A DNA stretch of 63,553 nt, counting the filler, from Cercozoa sp. M6MM (lineage: Eukaryota; Protista; Endomyxa: Ascetosporea): assembly GCA_040357565.1 (NCBI GenBank). It is 13 parts of 13 records of this genome, joined end to end, with 100 filler letters (N's around TTAATTAATTAA, not from the genome) between each part and the next. Parts side by side here need not be neighbours in the genome. Positions count along the whole stretch, not along the records: positions 1 to 4,197 come from JBDODJ010001205.1; positions 4,298 to 8,007 come from JBDODJ010001341.1; positions 8,108 to 11,146 come from JBDODJ010001636.1; positions 11,247 to 15,338 come from JBDODJ010001227.1; 9 more parts are not named here. The stretch is one strand, 5' to 3'. Shown here piece after piece: positions 1 to 11,667 of the stretch (position 1 is its first letter; each line of letters opens with the position of its first letter). The notes under the pieces were generated by a model, which was not told the origin of the DNA, did no database searches, and saw nothing but the letters and a program-made list of their open reading frames with translations. The translations under genes were made by a program, and so were the position numbers.

Positions 1-20
1 CCCCCCCCCCGGTGTCCTAG

Positions 21-263
21 GCCAAGCAGTTCTCGGGAGCGCAGCTGGCGTCGAACCCGGCGCTGGTGGCGTTCGCGCAGCTCGAGGTGCTCTCGGGCAT
101 GCTGGACAAGGCCGAGACAACGCGAGGCGACACGGCCATGTGCTTTGCCTTGGCCAACCTGCTGTTCCGTAGGCCTCCTCTACCTGTCTGTATCTACTTA
201 TTTATCTACATATGTATATCTTTTATTGTTAATGTATATATATATATATATATTCATTTGTTA

Positions 264-309
<46 letters not shown>

Positions 310-1792
310 TTATTTTTGTTTATATATATAGTTGGATATGTAGTGAATATATATATATATATATGGACGGTGTGTATGGTGATGCGGCTACTGTAGACAC
401 GTCGGCCAAGGCGAATGTGCCGGGTGCGCGTGCACACGCGTTGATGAAGCAGCTGCTCGGTGTGATGCACGAGCGCTGTCCTTTCACTGTGCCCGAGTGG
501 CCCTCGCCCGCCGACCTGGGCTACGGGCCTGATGTACCGCCCTACCTTACCCGTTCATCTACTTTATTCCTTCTTTGGATGTAGGGCAAACTGGTCCGTG
601 ACACCAAGGACAAGTGGGGCGCTGCTGCACCTCGGTACACTTCTACCCCCCCCCCCCCCGGTATAGTTGGCCCCCCCCCCCCAAGTACAGCAAGGACGAG
701 CCGACACTGGCGCACTANNNNNNNNNNNNNNNNNNNNNNNNNNNNNNNNNNNNNNNNNNNNNNNNNNNNNNNNNNNNNNNNNNNNNNNNNNNNNNNNNNN
801 NNNNNNNNNNNNNNNNNCCCCCCTCTGTTGCAGTTGCCGGACAACAAGGTGTTCGGCATCGCGCAGTTGTGGGCCTGGCTGGCACGTGCCATGAACAACA
901 CCGAGGCGCCGGTGCACTCGTGTCTGGCACCGGCCATGGTGGCGGCCGTGCTGCAGGTGGCCGGTCCTGCCTTGTGTCGTGCCTACGGCAAGCAGATGCA
1001 CAAGCTGCTGCAGTGCTGTCGTCAGCACTGGCTGGTATCTCTACCCCCTTCACCCCTACCCTCTACCCTACCCTCTACCCTCTACCCTACCCCTACCTTC
1101 TACCCGCTACCCCCTACCCCCCCCCCCCCAGCCACTGTGCGCGGACAATGCTATCGCCACGCCGTACAAGGAGCAGCTGCGACTCATTATCGACGACTAT
1201 GCGCGCAGCGGTGCGTTGACACTGAGCCCTTTACCGCCTACCCTTTTTACCACCCTTTCTCGCTTGGTTACGCAGGTCGATTTGAGGAGCCCAAGGGCAT
1301 CACATTGGTCGCGCAACAGTCCTCCTCGCTGGCTCTGGATCAGAACGTCGGTTCTGGCTCTGGTTCCGGCTCTGGATCTGGGGGCTTCGGTAGCAGTGGC
1401 TTTGCCCAGAGCGGAGGCTTTGCCCAGAGTACCTCGTCGGCTCAGTCCGGTACGTGTACTGTCCTGGACTGTACTGTTATATTTATGACTGTACTGATGG
1501 ACTGGATTGTACCCGTACAGGCGGCGGTTTCGGGCAGTCTGGGTTTGGTCAGAGCAGTGGCTTTGGCCAAAGTGGCGGTGGCTTTGGTCAGTCCAACAGT
1601 GGCTTCGGCCAGAGCAGCGGTTTTGGCCAGTCCGGCAGTGGCGGTGGTTTTGGACAGAGCAGCGGCTTTGGGCAGTCCCAAGGTACTGCTCCCACGGTTT
1701 CAAGAACTGGAAAAATTGTTCTGGCATCTGCAGGGTCTGGTGGTTTTGGACAAACTGGCGGTTCGGGCGGTTTTGGAAGCCTTAAATTTTAG
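21..1792 (+). CDS. GLE1: Gle1 mRNA export factor (5'-truncated, spliced) with C-terminal GFGQS repeat tail
   Basis: Spliced translation ...HERCPFTVPEW...DLGY...FGIAQLWAWLARAMN...AAVLQVAGPALCRAYGKQMHKLL...QLRLIIDDYARSGRFEEPKG follows the Gle1 C-terminal domain pattern (W-x-WLA-x2-N; VxG-x-L-x3-Y-x2-Q; PKG). It continues into GGFGQS repeats and a TAG at 1790-1792. An N gap lies at 718-817. Confidence 0.85.
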
Positions 1793-2486
1793 TTTAAGTA
1801 CTATGCTAGTTGCGTTGCTGCTACTATGGTATACTTAAACGTACGCGACGATAATAACTGAACTTAACCGGAGGCATGTGTTACAGCATAAACCACTGTA
1901 TCCGCGCGGAAGCAACCCAACAACTTAAAAAATCCTCAAAAGAGGTGTGGAAGATTTTGACGTGTGTTCGCTGGTATCCTGACCTACTGAGAGCTTCAGT
2001 CCAGACTGTGGAACACCTGTGTTTGAGTAGGGAAGCCTTGAGCAAGCTTTTTGCAGCTGAACTCAAAGAAGGGCTCTCTCTCGACCAGGTAATCTGATCT
2101 CTCCAGGACCAGTTGTCTTCGCTTCTACCTGTCCTCTGCCTTTCCAGGGGCCCTTCTTTTCTTTACTTCCAACCCAAGTACTTCTGAATCCTCACTACTC
2201 AGTTCTCACGGCGCCTTTCCGTCTCAAGGACCCTTTATACTGACTGTCCTTTCTACAGTTTCCATCTGACGGGTGACTGTCCCGTCCACCACAAGTGCTT
2301 TGCCGCCCAACTGAACCGTTGGGGTAACTCACTCTTTCAAACTGACACTTGGCCACTCTTCCTCCAAGAACAGACTTTATTACGTTCCTTAGTTTTTTTG
2401 TATCACTGGCAAAGTACCCTTAGTTTACCAAGGCCTGATCCCTATCAGAGAGGGCTGCGGTAACACATGGCACGGTAACGGTGTGA

Positions 2487-3369
2487 TCAAATAACGCGGC
2501 CACAACGAGTGCACACCTTCTCGCGCACACTGAAGCAGCAAAAACTCTTAGTTGAGGGTGCAAGGAAAATTCAAACTCGGACTGAAGGCACCAACAAGGC
2601 AGACAGCAGCACGTGAAAATGCACACGATCCTGCGGAATCGACATAGGATACACTGCTGATACAGAGAGACAGCAGATAAAACGACTGTGTCGTACAATT
2701 GTACCAAGTCCACACAGGCACGCGACTGACGAAGTTGTGGTTGCCTTGAGCGCAGCCGTTCTGGTTCACGACAACGGTGGTGACGGTTTGACCTTGAGGC
2801 TGCGCGTACTGGTACATGGTGTGACCTTGCGGCGCAGACTGGCCCTAACAGCGAAACACAATGAGTGATTCAACTGGCAATGAGCAGTCGAGACTACAGG
2901 CATGGGTTGCATGGGCGCTTGCATCTGCATAGGCTGACCTTGCTGCATTGGCATCTGCTGTCCCTGTTGCATTGGCATCTGCTGTCCTTGCTGCATCGGC
3001 ATAGGCTGACCTTGATGCATCTGCATAGGCTGTCCTTGCATCGGCATGGGTTGACCTTGCTGCATGGGCATAGGTTGACCTTGCTGCGTGGGCATAGGTT
3101 GACCTTGCTGCGTGGGCATAGGTTGACCTTGCTGCATCGGTGCCGACGCCTTTTAACGAACAAAATAAGACAAATGAAAAACGAGCAAAACGAATGAAAT
3201 TCCAACCGAGCCGAGACAGTACCATGACTTGCTGCTGTGGCGGGTAGTAATACGGTTGGGACTAGACAAACAGGTCAAGTCAGTTACGCGTACAACTACT
3301 TGGAACCTGTCTTCAGAGGTTGCTTTTGAGCAAGAACCCGTTTTTTTGCAAAACAAGCACTGATACCAT
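2487..3369 (-). CDS. BRI3/DUF2367-like small Cys-rich membrane protein with Q/P/M-rich repeats
   Basis: ATG directly followed by an intron, then SQPYYYPPQQQVM, (PMQQGQPM)n, TTVVVNQNGCAQGNHNFVSRVPVWTWIVCIFTCCCLPCWCLQSDVREKVCTRCGRVI*. The layout CxxG-H, hydrophobic hairpin, terminal CxxCG is BRI3-like. Confidence 0.6.
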
Positions 3370-3640
3370 TGTGTTGTGTAACGCTTGGCGGTCAATCACC
3401 AAATGAAAACTACTACGATCAACACTGATCTGTACAATTTACTTCTTGCGCACAGCCTGCGCTAGCAGCACCTGTAGTCCCTACTGTATACTGATGTCGA
3501 TGCCGTTCTTGAGCCGAGTAGTAGTACCGTACAGTTCCCAGTACATTTGTACAGTACATCATCCGGTGCATGACCAGTGATATTGTTAGCATCGTTCTGC
3601 AGCAACTCTGACGGTGCTGGCAGTGTGAAAGTACTACGGC

Positions 3641-4155
3641 ATGTCGGAAAGCAGCAATCCGTTCGCCGTAGGCTGTTGTCTACTTTTTTTTTCTTTTATT
3701 TGTGCTTATGCTCTGCGACTGACTGCGATGGCGACGCAAAGGTATACGGGAAGTGAGCGCAGGCCGACGTGGAGGAGTACAACCCGTTTGCCGCCGATGT
3801 ACCAGACGTGGCCGACGAGGGCTTTGACCAGGGTACACGTTTTGATTTGGGTATCCAGATAATGAATGCGACAGATAATTAATGTGGCACAGGCTTTGGC
3901 AATGATGACTTTTTCGTGACGGCTGACACGGCCGAACAGCCGCAGACTCCGCCCACTCCAGTCCGCTTTGTCTAAAGCTTCGGCAAGGTGCTGAGAGGCA
4001 TGTTTGTTCGTGTGTCTACAGGCTGTGGCTCAAGCGGCGGCGTATGCCACGCGCAGCAGCAGTGGCAGTCACTCGCCTGTGAGCAATGCGACAGCTGCGA
4101 GCACTGCCACCGACACACTCATCGACGTCAATCCGCCTGCTGCTGTTGCTGCTGT
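3641..4155 (+). CDS. N-terminal fragment of an NPF-motif protein (EH-ligand; SCAMP/endocytic adaptor-like), 3'-truncated
   Basis: Spliced MSESSNPFA|ADVEEYNPFAADVPDVADEGFDQ|GFGNDDFF...; two NPF motifs; contig ends at 4197. Confidence 0.45.
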
Positions 4156-4197
4156 AGCTTTGTTCTCTCCCCCCGTTCACTCTCACCCCCCCCCCCC

Positions 4198-4297
4198 NNN
4201 NNNNNNNNNNNNNNNNNNNNNNNNNNNNNNNNNNNNNNNNNTTAATTAATTAANNNNNNNNNNNNNNNNNNNNNNNNNNNNNNNNNNNNNNNNNNNN
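4198..4297. other. Artificial contig spacer N44-TTAATTAATTAA-N44; also at 8008, 11147, 15339, 25081, 32066, 48339, 51623, 53890, 55507, 59955, 61275
   Basis: Twelve identical 100-nt units with stops in all six frames; genes are cut on either side. Confidence 0.98.
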
Positions 4298-4409
4298 GGG
4301 GGGGGTAAACTGGGGGCTGGGGGGGGGCTACGCCGCTCCCCTGGCGGCGCTCCCCCCCCCCCCCCCCCCAGGGGGGGGGGGGTAAAGTGCGAGAAAACAG
4401 CAACACGCA

Positions 4410-4933
4410 CCTCCGAGTCCGAGGCCGAGCGCGGCACGCGAAGCACGGCATACCAGTCGGGATCCTCGGCAGTACGCTCGGCCAGTCCTTCGAGTCCGAG
4501 ATCGCCGCGGTAGACACGTGCGCCCAGCAGCGCCAGCATCAACAGAGCCACGCCGGCCAGGAACCACTTAAACTTGGGCGATCTAACACACAACAGAAAG
4601 ACCTTCTATACAGACACACAGAATGTGCTAGGTCGTACAGAGGAGTGCCCTTGGACACGCCGCTTTCGTCTGTGTTGGGCAGCGGCCCTTCCACTGAGTA
4701 TACGCGCCTTTAGACAACCCCATATGCACTTATTCCAAACACACACAGTACCGGGACCGTCGCCGCCGCAGCAGCCACCGCCGGACGGCATTTTGACCTA
4801 CCGATCAGTATTTCTCGTTTTTGTTGGCATGATGAAATACACCGACCCCGCCTACACATCGTCGTACCTGCCGCTTCGACTCGGTTTTTTGCCGCACAGC
4901 GTCCTGCGTGTCAAACAACGTTTCGGACTCCAT
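4410..4933 (-). CDS. Membrane-anchored DnaJ-domain protein, 3'-truncated
   Basis: Hydrophobic segment FKWFLAGVALLMLALLGA followed by DWYAVLRVPRSASDSE, the start of a J-domain. The HPD motif is lost at the contig end. Confidence 0.7.
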
Positions 4934-5376
4934 GCTGTGTACCTACGGCATCAGAAACACACACGTTTCTTGCGGGGGAAGGAAATGTCATATTTGTCGA
5001 AACAAATCGCACGCTAAACGCGCCTCTTGGTCGGATTGGATAACATAAAACACCTTTAAAACACTAACACACCGAAAAGGAGTCCCTAAAGTCGCCGCTT
5101 ACTGCTGCTGTGCTGAGTTTTATTTTTGTTTTTTGCCAGTACAGTTTAGTACTGGAGTACTTCAGTACGGTACAATCGATATAATCGTTTTACTGCGTCA
5201 ATCGTAGCCATAGATCGTAATGATGAAATCTACACCCATCAGAAGTTAGCAGGCGTGTGCGATTAGTGCTGCGCGCCAAGGGACGGTGCTTAAACAACTG
5301 TTTGGCGTGCCTCACATCCGTCGTGCTTGATGCCTCGGTACATCCCGTCCGCGCGGATGTATCATCACATCATCAT

Positions 5377-7281
5377 ATGTCAGATTTACCGTTGTTCCTT
5401 AGCTTTCTGTGCCACTTGGTGCACACGGACGATCGCAGCTATGTTGGTATCGGCATGCTCCCTACAATTTACACCCGACTCAACTCATTTCTTTGCTTTG
5501 GTTTCCAGACTTCCGCGTGTCGGAACTTGAGGTACTTTGCTTGGATACTTGTGATTTTGACAGCTTGTCAATTTCCTACCATGACAGGCCGTAGCAGGCA
5601 TGGTGGGTGCCTCGATTGAGTTCGACCGTGCTGCTGCTGCCGATCTGTCGCAACCGTTCCTTTGGGTACCATCTCCGTCGGAAGCGACGTGATTTCTACA
5701 TTTTGCGACTTTGTTTCGCCTAGGTTTCGCTTCCGTCTGAAGAGGCTGCAGAAGCCATTGCTAAGCGTGCGACTCAGGTGCATTTCGCACTTGACCTCTT
5801 ATTCCTGGAGTTTGTGCATGCGTTTTCCCAGGTGCGTGCCTTCTATGACGTCTACGCGTTCTGCGAGTACCTTCATGTTTGCACTAACATTTTAAAGTGA
5901 AACAAGAATGGCATGTAGCAACCTTTCGCCTGATGAGTGCATCGAACAAGCGGCCGCTGAGGCTGAGGTATTTCGACACATGGGCATTTGGTCTTTCAGC
6001 CGTAATACTTCCTTGCTTGAGCATAGAGGAGGAAGCAGGCAGGTGAAGGCTCTGAGTTCCGCGACACGTTTCGTCTGTGTGTCGACTACTTCGGACGACG
6101 GTACCAAACGCATTTTCCTCATGACTAGGTGGCCCCACCTAGGTGGTACTGTTATGTGTCTTTGTTATTCGAGCAGATGCAGCTCCGAGCTGCGCATGAA
6201 ACTCATCGAAAAGATGGCAACGACGCTTCCGTTTGAAGTGCGTGTTCTTTCGCTCGTTGTTTTGTTGAATCATTCGACGCTTTTGTTTTGGCAGGGAGCG
6301 GTGGATCTCAAGAACGCCAAGCGCGTGTTTAAATTGATCGTGGACCTCGGGCATAACGCCGGTCTCGTCGAGCTTGATGAGGTACATACCACGACACCAG
6401 CAGTCTAGTTGCTTCTCGTGATTGTTCTGTGCAGGACGGCAAGAAGCGCAAGAAGCACCTGTCGCTGGACAAGCTGACGCCACGACAGGTTTTCTTTGTT
6501 CGCGTCGTTGCTGAAGGCACGGGCCGGCAGGACGTGCAGCAGTACTCGCTCAAGAAGCGCGGCTACATTGGTCCGACGTCGACGGACGCCGAGCTGGCTG
6601 CCATTATGTCCAACATGGCGCAAGTCAAGCGTGGTATGGTCTAATTCATTACGGTATTAGGGTACAGACAGTGTTTGTAGGCGACCTGGTGATGGACATG
6701 TTTGTTGGAACCGGTTCGCTTCTGGTGGCTGCGGCAGCGCAGGGCGCTGTCTGTCTCGGCCAGGACATTGACATCCGCGTGCTGTACTCTTTCTGTTCAC
6801 TGTCTAGTGTGCTCTGTGTGTGTTGTTTTTCACTGGCAAAGGTTGTTTGTGTGCTTTCTCTGACAGGTACGGCAGTGCTCTGCAGGCACGCAGCGAACAG
6901 CAGAAGAAGAAATGGGCCTCTCTGGCCAAGAAGAAGGCTGCTCAGGTATATTGTCTTTTATATCTTTATATTTATGTATATATATATGTGTGTGTGTGTG
7001 CGTGTGTGTGTAGGGCCAGACCATCCGCGACAACTTTGCGGCCTACGAATTGCCACCTCCTGGTACACAAAAAGACAAGGCACGCTCTCCCATCCTTGCA
7101 TGCGCCGAGTGTCGTGCAGAACTGGTCCGCGCGGACAACGCCACGCCCTCGTGGGTCGACGCGCCCTTCCTGGACGCCATCGTGACGGACCCGCCCTACG
7201 GCATTCGCGCCGGTGCACGTCGCACTGGTACTCAGTGTCAGGTGTTCTGTGTGTGTGTCTGTGTGTGTCTGTGCCTGTGTG

Positions 7282-7332
<51 letters not shown>

Positions 7333-7893
7333 TGTGTTGTGTCTGTCTATCTGTGTCTGTTTGTTGTGTCTGTTTGTTGTATGTCTCCTTGTGTGTGTTG
7401 ACAGGCTCGTCAAAGACGGCACAGGAGGTGCCGGAGGAGCACTTGGAGACGCACATTCCGCGCACGCAGGCCTACGCCGTGAACGACGTGATGCGCGACA
7501 TGCTGACCGTACTCTACCTTCCCTGTCCCTCTCCCCGTGCTGACTGCACTGCTTGCTCTCTTCAGTTCTCGGCCAAGCGACTTCGCCTGGGTGGCCGGCT
7601 AGTCTTCTTGTACCCGACGACGACGAGCTACACCGAGGCCGAGACGCCTCGGCACCCGTGCTTCCAGGTCGTTGCCGACTCGTACGTTTTCTCTCTCTGT
7701 CTACGTGTGTTCCGCTCCCAACACATCCCATATGCCTGTGTGTGTGTGTCTGTGTGTGTGTGTATGTGTGTGTATGTGTGTGTGTGTGTGTTCACTACAG
7801 CGAGCAGCGCATGCAGGGCTGCTTCCGCCGACGCTGCATCACGATGGTCAAGGTGAAGGCTTTCGAAGACACGGACCGACCCGCCATTGACGA
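5377..7893 (+). CDS. TRMT11: tRNA m2G10 methyltransferase Trm11 (17 inferred introns; extreme 3' end truncated)
   Basis: DFRVSELE, YSLKKRGYIGPTSTDAELAAIMSNMAQV, GDLVMDMFVGTGSLLVAAA...GQDID, DAIVTDPPYGIRAG and LRLGGRLVFLYP are Trm11 motifs. Confidence 0.93.
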
Positions 7894-7950
7894 GTACTCG
7901 AGTTTTTCCTTGGCTTTCCTCTATCCTCTCTCTCTCTTTCTCTCTTTCTT

Positions 7951-8007
<57 letters not shown>

Positions 8008-8107
8008 NNNNNNNNNNNNNNNNNNNNNNNNNNNNNNNNNNNNNNNNNNNNTTAATTAATTAANNNNNNNNNNNNNNNNNNNNNNNNNNNNNNNNNNNNN
8101 NNNNNNN

Positions 8108-9642
8108 GGGGGGGGGGTCAAGTCTATGGTGTCCGGGTAAGAATAGGTGTACCATATCGGCCACACCGTGCTCAAAGCCGAGATACACAAAGGTGAAAAT
8201 AGGCAGCCACATCGACACGATCTTGCCTACCAAGATAGGAGGTAAAGGTGGAACAGGGTAAAGGCTAAGGGTGGGAAGGTAAGACTCAAGTACCAGTGGT
8301 GTCGCGTGCCGAGTAGGCCATCCACACGGCAAGACACACGAGCACGTTGCACGCAATCGCGCGCACCATGAAACTGCCGCTCGTGCCGCCAGCCTTGTGC
8401 TCCACCTGCTCGTGCAAGCACCAAGTTTACCCCCCCCCCACCTTTTTTATGTTGATACCAGATTGATCAGCGCAGTTTCGCCCTCAGGACCGAGCGACTC
8501 GGAGTGCAAGAAGAAGAAGAACGCGCAGAACAACGAGCCGAGCAGATTGCCGCTCTGTCAAAAGAAAGGAAGGTAAGGGGTCAACGGGTGAACTACGGGG
8601 GGGGGGGTAGACTACCAGTGCAAGCGACCAGTTGCGAACCAAATCGCCCAAACTGCAGCGACGAGCCATCCAACCCTACAGTCGATATAGAGGGGGACAG
8701 GGAGGGGGTAAAACGAGGGAGGGGAGGGGGTAAAAAGGAGTAAAACTCACGCAGAACATGGTGGCGACATTGCCAGTGAAGAGTTCACTGCCTGCCACAA
8801 CGACGAGAACGATGCCCAGTCTGACGGCAGGGGGAGGTTAAGAGGGAAGGGATAAGAGGGTATAAGAGGGGGAAAGCAACTTACGGGAACGTAGCAGCAG
8901 CCAAGAACTGCGATATCAATTGCTGAGGGGTCGGGGGGGGGGGGTCAGGGAGGAAAGGGGTGGGGGTAGAAGTGAGGGAGGTTAAGAGTACAGTGGTCGC
9001 ATCGCCAGCACCAGTGTAGTACGCTTGTCCGGTAGCCACGGCGATGAGACCACCCAGACCAATAAACAGACCGGCCTATGTTTAAGGAAAGGAACCAAAA
9101 CTAAAACATGCGGTACAAAAGATACCTGGAAGGCCAGGAGCAATGTCTGGAATACAGACAGGTCGCTCTTCTGCATACACGAGGAACGGAGGGACGGGTA
9201 AGAAGGAGTAAAAGGGGCAGAGGAATAAAGGGACAAAGAACTAGACTAAAGAGAGTAATAACCTTCTTGGCACTGAGTGCAACGAGATTGGCGATTTGCA
9301 CAGGCGACGCGATCAATGACACCTCCGTTTCATTATCTGAAAAAGAAAAATGACACGCAACACTTAGAGCACACCAGTTTTCGAGCGAGCTGTACCGCCG
9401 CTTTTGCTGGCTGGGTACTCCTGATCGTTCTCAATGTTGGCATTGTTGCAGGGGTGTTTTTGTTGTTGTTGCTGCAGGTTTTGATCGGAGTTGTAGTTTT
9501 TTTGCACATCGTCATCGCTGATGGATCGAACTTCGGCTCGATCGTCACCCGACATCTCTACTTCCTGGTTGTTACCTCGCATCCTGTGGGACTCCACCAC
9601 ACCCGCCAATGACCTGTCTTGGCGGGTTTGAAGGTACTGCAT
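8108..9642 (-). CDS. Formate/nitrite transporter (FNT) family protein, 3'-truncated
   Basis: Exons give AGLFIGLGG, AATFP|LGIVLVVVAGSELFTGNVA, LVRNW, GKIVSMWLPIFTFVYLGFEHGVADM. ELFTGN and GFEH are FNT signatures. Confidence 0.9.
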
Positions 9643-10595
9643 ATTATTAAGGGCGCGTCAACCACAGGCGATCAGAGGAGTTCCGCAATAGATACTCATT
9701 TCTGGTGCAGATACGGCTGGCTGTGCCATAATAGTGTAAAAAACGTGCGACACGCCTCACACGTGCTCGGAGGTGTGCGGGTTGTGTTTCCTCTGTGATT
9801 TAGAAGTCGCGATCCGCCGAGAGCGCGTTGCGTCGGTCGCTTCACGGCCTGCTCAAAACGATGCAAAGCTGAATTAGTGGACTATCTGGAAACACGGATG
9901 AATCCATTATCCATAAGAATATATTCAAACTGAATGATGTACTTTTTTTGCATGTGAACAGGTGTACTTTGTCATCAGCTAAGGCAGGTCGAACGCGAGG
10001 GACGGCTCGTATCCTTCGAAGTGCACATCGAGCGCACAAAACCGACGTCGATACGAACGACGAAGCGAAATCAGCGGACGCGCTCGACATCTGCCACACC
10101 GGAGGCCACAGTTGCCCAGATCTCGCGTTCGCCTTTGTACGCACACGGTTCACCTACTGTCCACGATTCCGTACAGATACGATAGACAAGTCCGAAAAAA
10201 TGGGTAAAATACTCGGAAATTAAGCTGGAGTTACCAATCGTCGACGAAAAACTGTGCCTGTTTAATGCACGCAATCAACCAGTCCAAACAGCTTCGGCCT
10301 CATTCAAAGGCAAGGTGTCCAGAAGATGCACAACTAACTGATGCGGTATTATACTACAGGACAGGCAGTGTACTACAATACATGTACAGTACTGTCAACC
10401 ATTGATGTTGTAAAAGTCGCCGGCGCTGCCAGCACACGGAACGGAAGGAAGCGCCTCGCTCTTGCTGGCGCTGCAGCAGCAGGTGTTGCTTCTTTGCATA
10501 CTAATCAGCATGAAATCTACTTGTTGGCTAAGTTTTATCGGCTCACTATTTTTACCCGACGACTAGTTAAATTTAGTCGTCGCGTGCGTGTCGAC

Positions 10596-10704
10596 TCAGA
10601 CCTGGTCGATGTGGAACTCGTCGACAACGCGGTTGAGAATCTCGCGCGTCGACAGACGCTCGTTGCCGACTTGCTGCAGTGTATATATGCCATGTATATG
10701 CCAT

Positions 10705-10801
<97 letters not shown>

Positions 10802-10875
10802 AACAGAGAAACTCACCTTGGCCACCTTGATCCAGCGCTCGCCGTAGCGCGGCTCGGCGGCCACGGCACGCTCCT
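10596..10875 (-). CDS. PRPF6: C-terminal exons of splicing factor Prp6
   Basis: ERAVAAEPRYGERWIKVAK|QVGNERLSTREILNRVVDEFHIDQV* matches the Prp6 terminal AEP-x-[HY]GE-x-W-x3-K motif. Only two exons are present. Confidence 0.75.
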
Positions 10876-11259
10876 ACAAGGTCATACAGATACAGAGAGG
10901 GGTATCAGACATACATACATACATACATACATACATAATACATACATACATATACATACATACAGACATACTTGGATACATACACATACATAGACATGAA
11001 TACATACATACACATACATAGACATGAAAACATACATACATACCTACATACATACATAGACATACATACATAGACATAGATACATACATACATATACATA
11101 CATAGACATACATACATAGACATACATACATAGACATACATACATANNNNNNNNNNNNNNNNNNNNNNNNNNNNNNNNNNNNNNNNNNNNTTAATTAATT
11201 AANNNNNNNNNNNNNNNNNNNNNNNNNNNNNNNNNNNNNNNNNNNNCTGACATTGCGGC

Positions 11260-11339
<80 letters not shown>

Positions 11340-11380
11340 ACCGATCACATTGTGCCCGCATTGCTTGACTGTCCTTGCAG

Positions 11381-11548
11381 GAACTGCTGTACATGCAGTC
11401 GCGCGAGGAGCGCATGCGCACTACCAACGAGAGCACCAACACGCGCGTGCTTTGGTTCTCTGTCTTCTCAATGTTGGCCCTGGGCGCCTTGTCGGTCTGG
11501 CAGATCTACTTCCTTCGCGACTTCTTCCGCCGCAAGAAGATGATCTAG
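11381..11548 (+). CDS. TMED10: Last exon of a p24/GOLD cargo receptor (TMED10-like)
   Basis: [24 protein letters not shown]...[16 protein letters not shown]: p24 coiled coil, TM and FF/KK tail. Confidence 0.85.
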   Translation, partial: ELLYMQSREERMRTTNESTNTRVLWFSVFSMLALGALSVWQIYFLRDFFRRKKMI

Positions 11549-11667
11549 CTCAAATGCAACTCCATTTTGGCTTTAAAACTGAATCTTGAGCTCAAACCAT
11601 TCGATTGTATTCTCTCGACTTCAAGTTTAAGACTTTAGATTCACTCGAATACACGCGACGGGCAGTA

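Noticed and set aside
4242-4253. TTAATTAATTAA recurring 12 times as a possible biological motif or PiggyBac-type site
   Set aside because: Always centred in exactly 44+44 Ns; it is a six-frame-stop contig linker.
5377-7893. Stop-codon reassignment or non-GT-AG introns to explain broken ORFs
   Set aside because: Every conserved gene traced could be joined with GT-AG introns in the standard code; TAA, TAG and TGA all serve as terminal stops.
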